A DNA stretch of 64,000 nucleotides from Chrysemys picta bellii (taxonomy: Eukaryota): positions 153,450,001-153,514,000 of the forward strand of contig NC_088791.1 in assembly GCF_011386835.1 (NCBI RefSeq), in the 5' to 3' direction. The notes under the pieces were generated by a model. That model did not search any database and had not been told where the DNA came from. It was given only the letters and a program-made list of their open reading frames with translations. Shown piece by piece: positions 63,001 to 64,000 of the stretch. The translations under genes were made by a program, and so were the position numbers. Numbering within the stretch: position 1 is the stretch's first letter; every line of letters begins with the position of its first letter.

Positions 63001-63384
63001 ATCCTTAAATAGGATAAGGTTGGCCCATATGAGAACTAAATAAACCCACCTCATCCCTTACATTATTTTTTTTTAGAGACACAGATAAGTAGAGGGCTGT
63101 GGCTTACTTCACATACAGAGAGAGCTGTGGCATCCCACCTCATTGTCTTGCTTTCCAAATTACTGCCTCCTCAGTTAATTCTGCTGAGCTATAGGAAGCC
63201 ATTCATCAGTACAGCCAAAAGGCTAGGCCGCTGGTCTTTTTAACTCCATGAAGTTGTCAAATCTCTGAGCCAAGGACTTTTCTCGTTGAGCTTGTCCGTG
63301 AAGCGCCATGCACGAGTATCATGCAGTATAAATAACAGGAGATTATTAACTATATAAGGTTCTTCATGGGGTGGGGGGGGGAAC

Positions 63385-63605
63385 ACTGTGTAGTATTTAG
63401 AGCTGCAGAATGACAGTGTGGATTGTGGGGTTAATTCCCAGCCCTTCCACTGATTTATGGTATAACCTTATGCAAGTCAGCTAACCACTCTCTGTGTCTA
63501 TTTCTTTATCTGCAAAAAGGTGTAATAATGTTACTGTAATAATAATAATTAATCATTAATAAATGTTGGTAAAGTGCTTTGAAACCCTGGATAAAAGTTG
63601 CTAGA
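63385..63605 (+). mobile_element. MIR-like SINE
   Basis: GTGTAGTATTTAGAGC...TTATGCAAGTCAGCTAACCACTCTCTGTG...GTAAAGTGCTTTGAAA. Confidence 0.6.
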
Positions 63606-64000
63606 TATACATGCAAAGTTTTGTCATCAGGCCAAATCCTAGGCCCAGTTTATATAGGAGCATTAGCCCAAGTCTGGCATGTAATCTGATTTAGCATCAG
63701 ATAGGTCCTAAAGATGGTTAGTCTAGTGTATAAAAAGGATGGAAGGGATTCATCTCTGCTGTGTGCACAGGGCTACCCATGGAACTCAGGATCTAATGCA
63801 AATGAGCTCCCTCCTCTGCCGAGTAGCCGTACATCAATCCTGGTTCTGTTTCTTCCCCACATTCTGGCTGCAAAGGCTGCTCCAGCCCTTGATAGCAATA
63901 AAAGACCCTGTGTATCTTCTGGAGGGAGGAAGGCAGAAATGGTTGGTGGTCACTCAGTGTGTTTTGGTTTTGAAGGGGCATGGGAAGAGGTCAGCAAGGG

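Noticed and set aside
151-64000. Most ORFs in the supplied six-frame track as genes
   Set aside because: They are short (60-140 aa), lack recognisable domains and often overlap repeats. Only the transposon-derived ones show homology.

Overview
This is eukaryotic, CpG-depleted, repeat-rich genomic DNA. The repeat content (ATTCTATG/TTCTTATG-tailed CR1 LINEs, MIR-like SINEs, GGGTATGTCTACACT-ended Harbinger MITEs, hAT and Tigger MITEs, Gypsy-type LTRs) is most typical of a turtle, although the species cannot be fixed from sequence alone. There are two N gaps (19802-19986, 38457-38596). No intact protein-coding gene was recognised. The protein homologies I can support all belong to decayed transposons: a hAT transposase C-terminus present twice in inverted orientation (1315-3006), a near full-length Tx1-clade LINE with its RT core deleted (about 12775-17279), several CR1 pieces, and a Gypsy chromodomain end with its LTR nested in a CR1 3' UTR. 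A cluster of strong + strand splice signals at 19.1-20.0 kb (plus a candidate at 24.5 kb) suggests exons of an unidentified transcript. The most unusual signals are two local inverted copies of neighbouring DNA, both tied to CR1 ends. One is an exact 84-bp copy of a CR1 tail plus its unique 3' flank (36207-36290 vs 42249-42332). The other is a 255-bp, about 98% identical copy of nearby unique DNA fused to the 5' truncation point of a CR1 (60723-60977 vs 62173-62427). A 132-bp Penelope-like insertion with a 10-bp TSD carries a decayed minimal hammerhead ribozyme.
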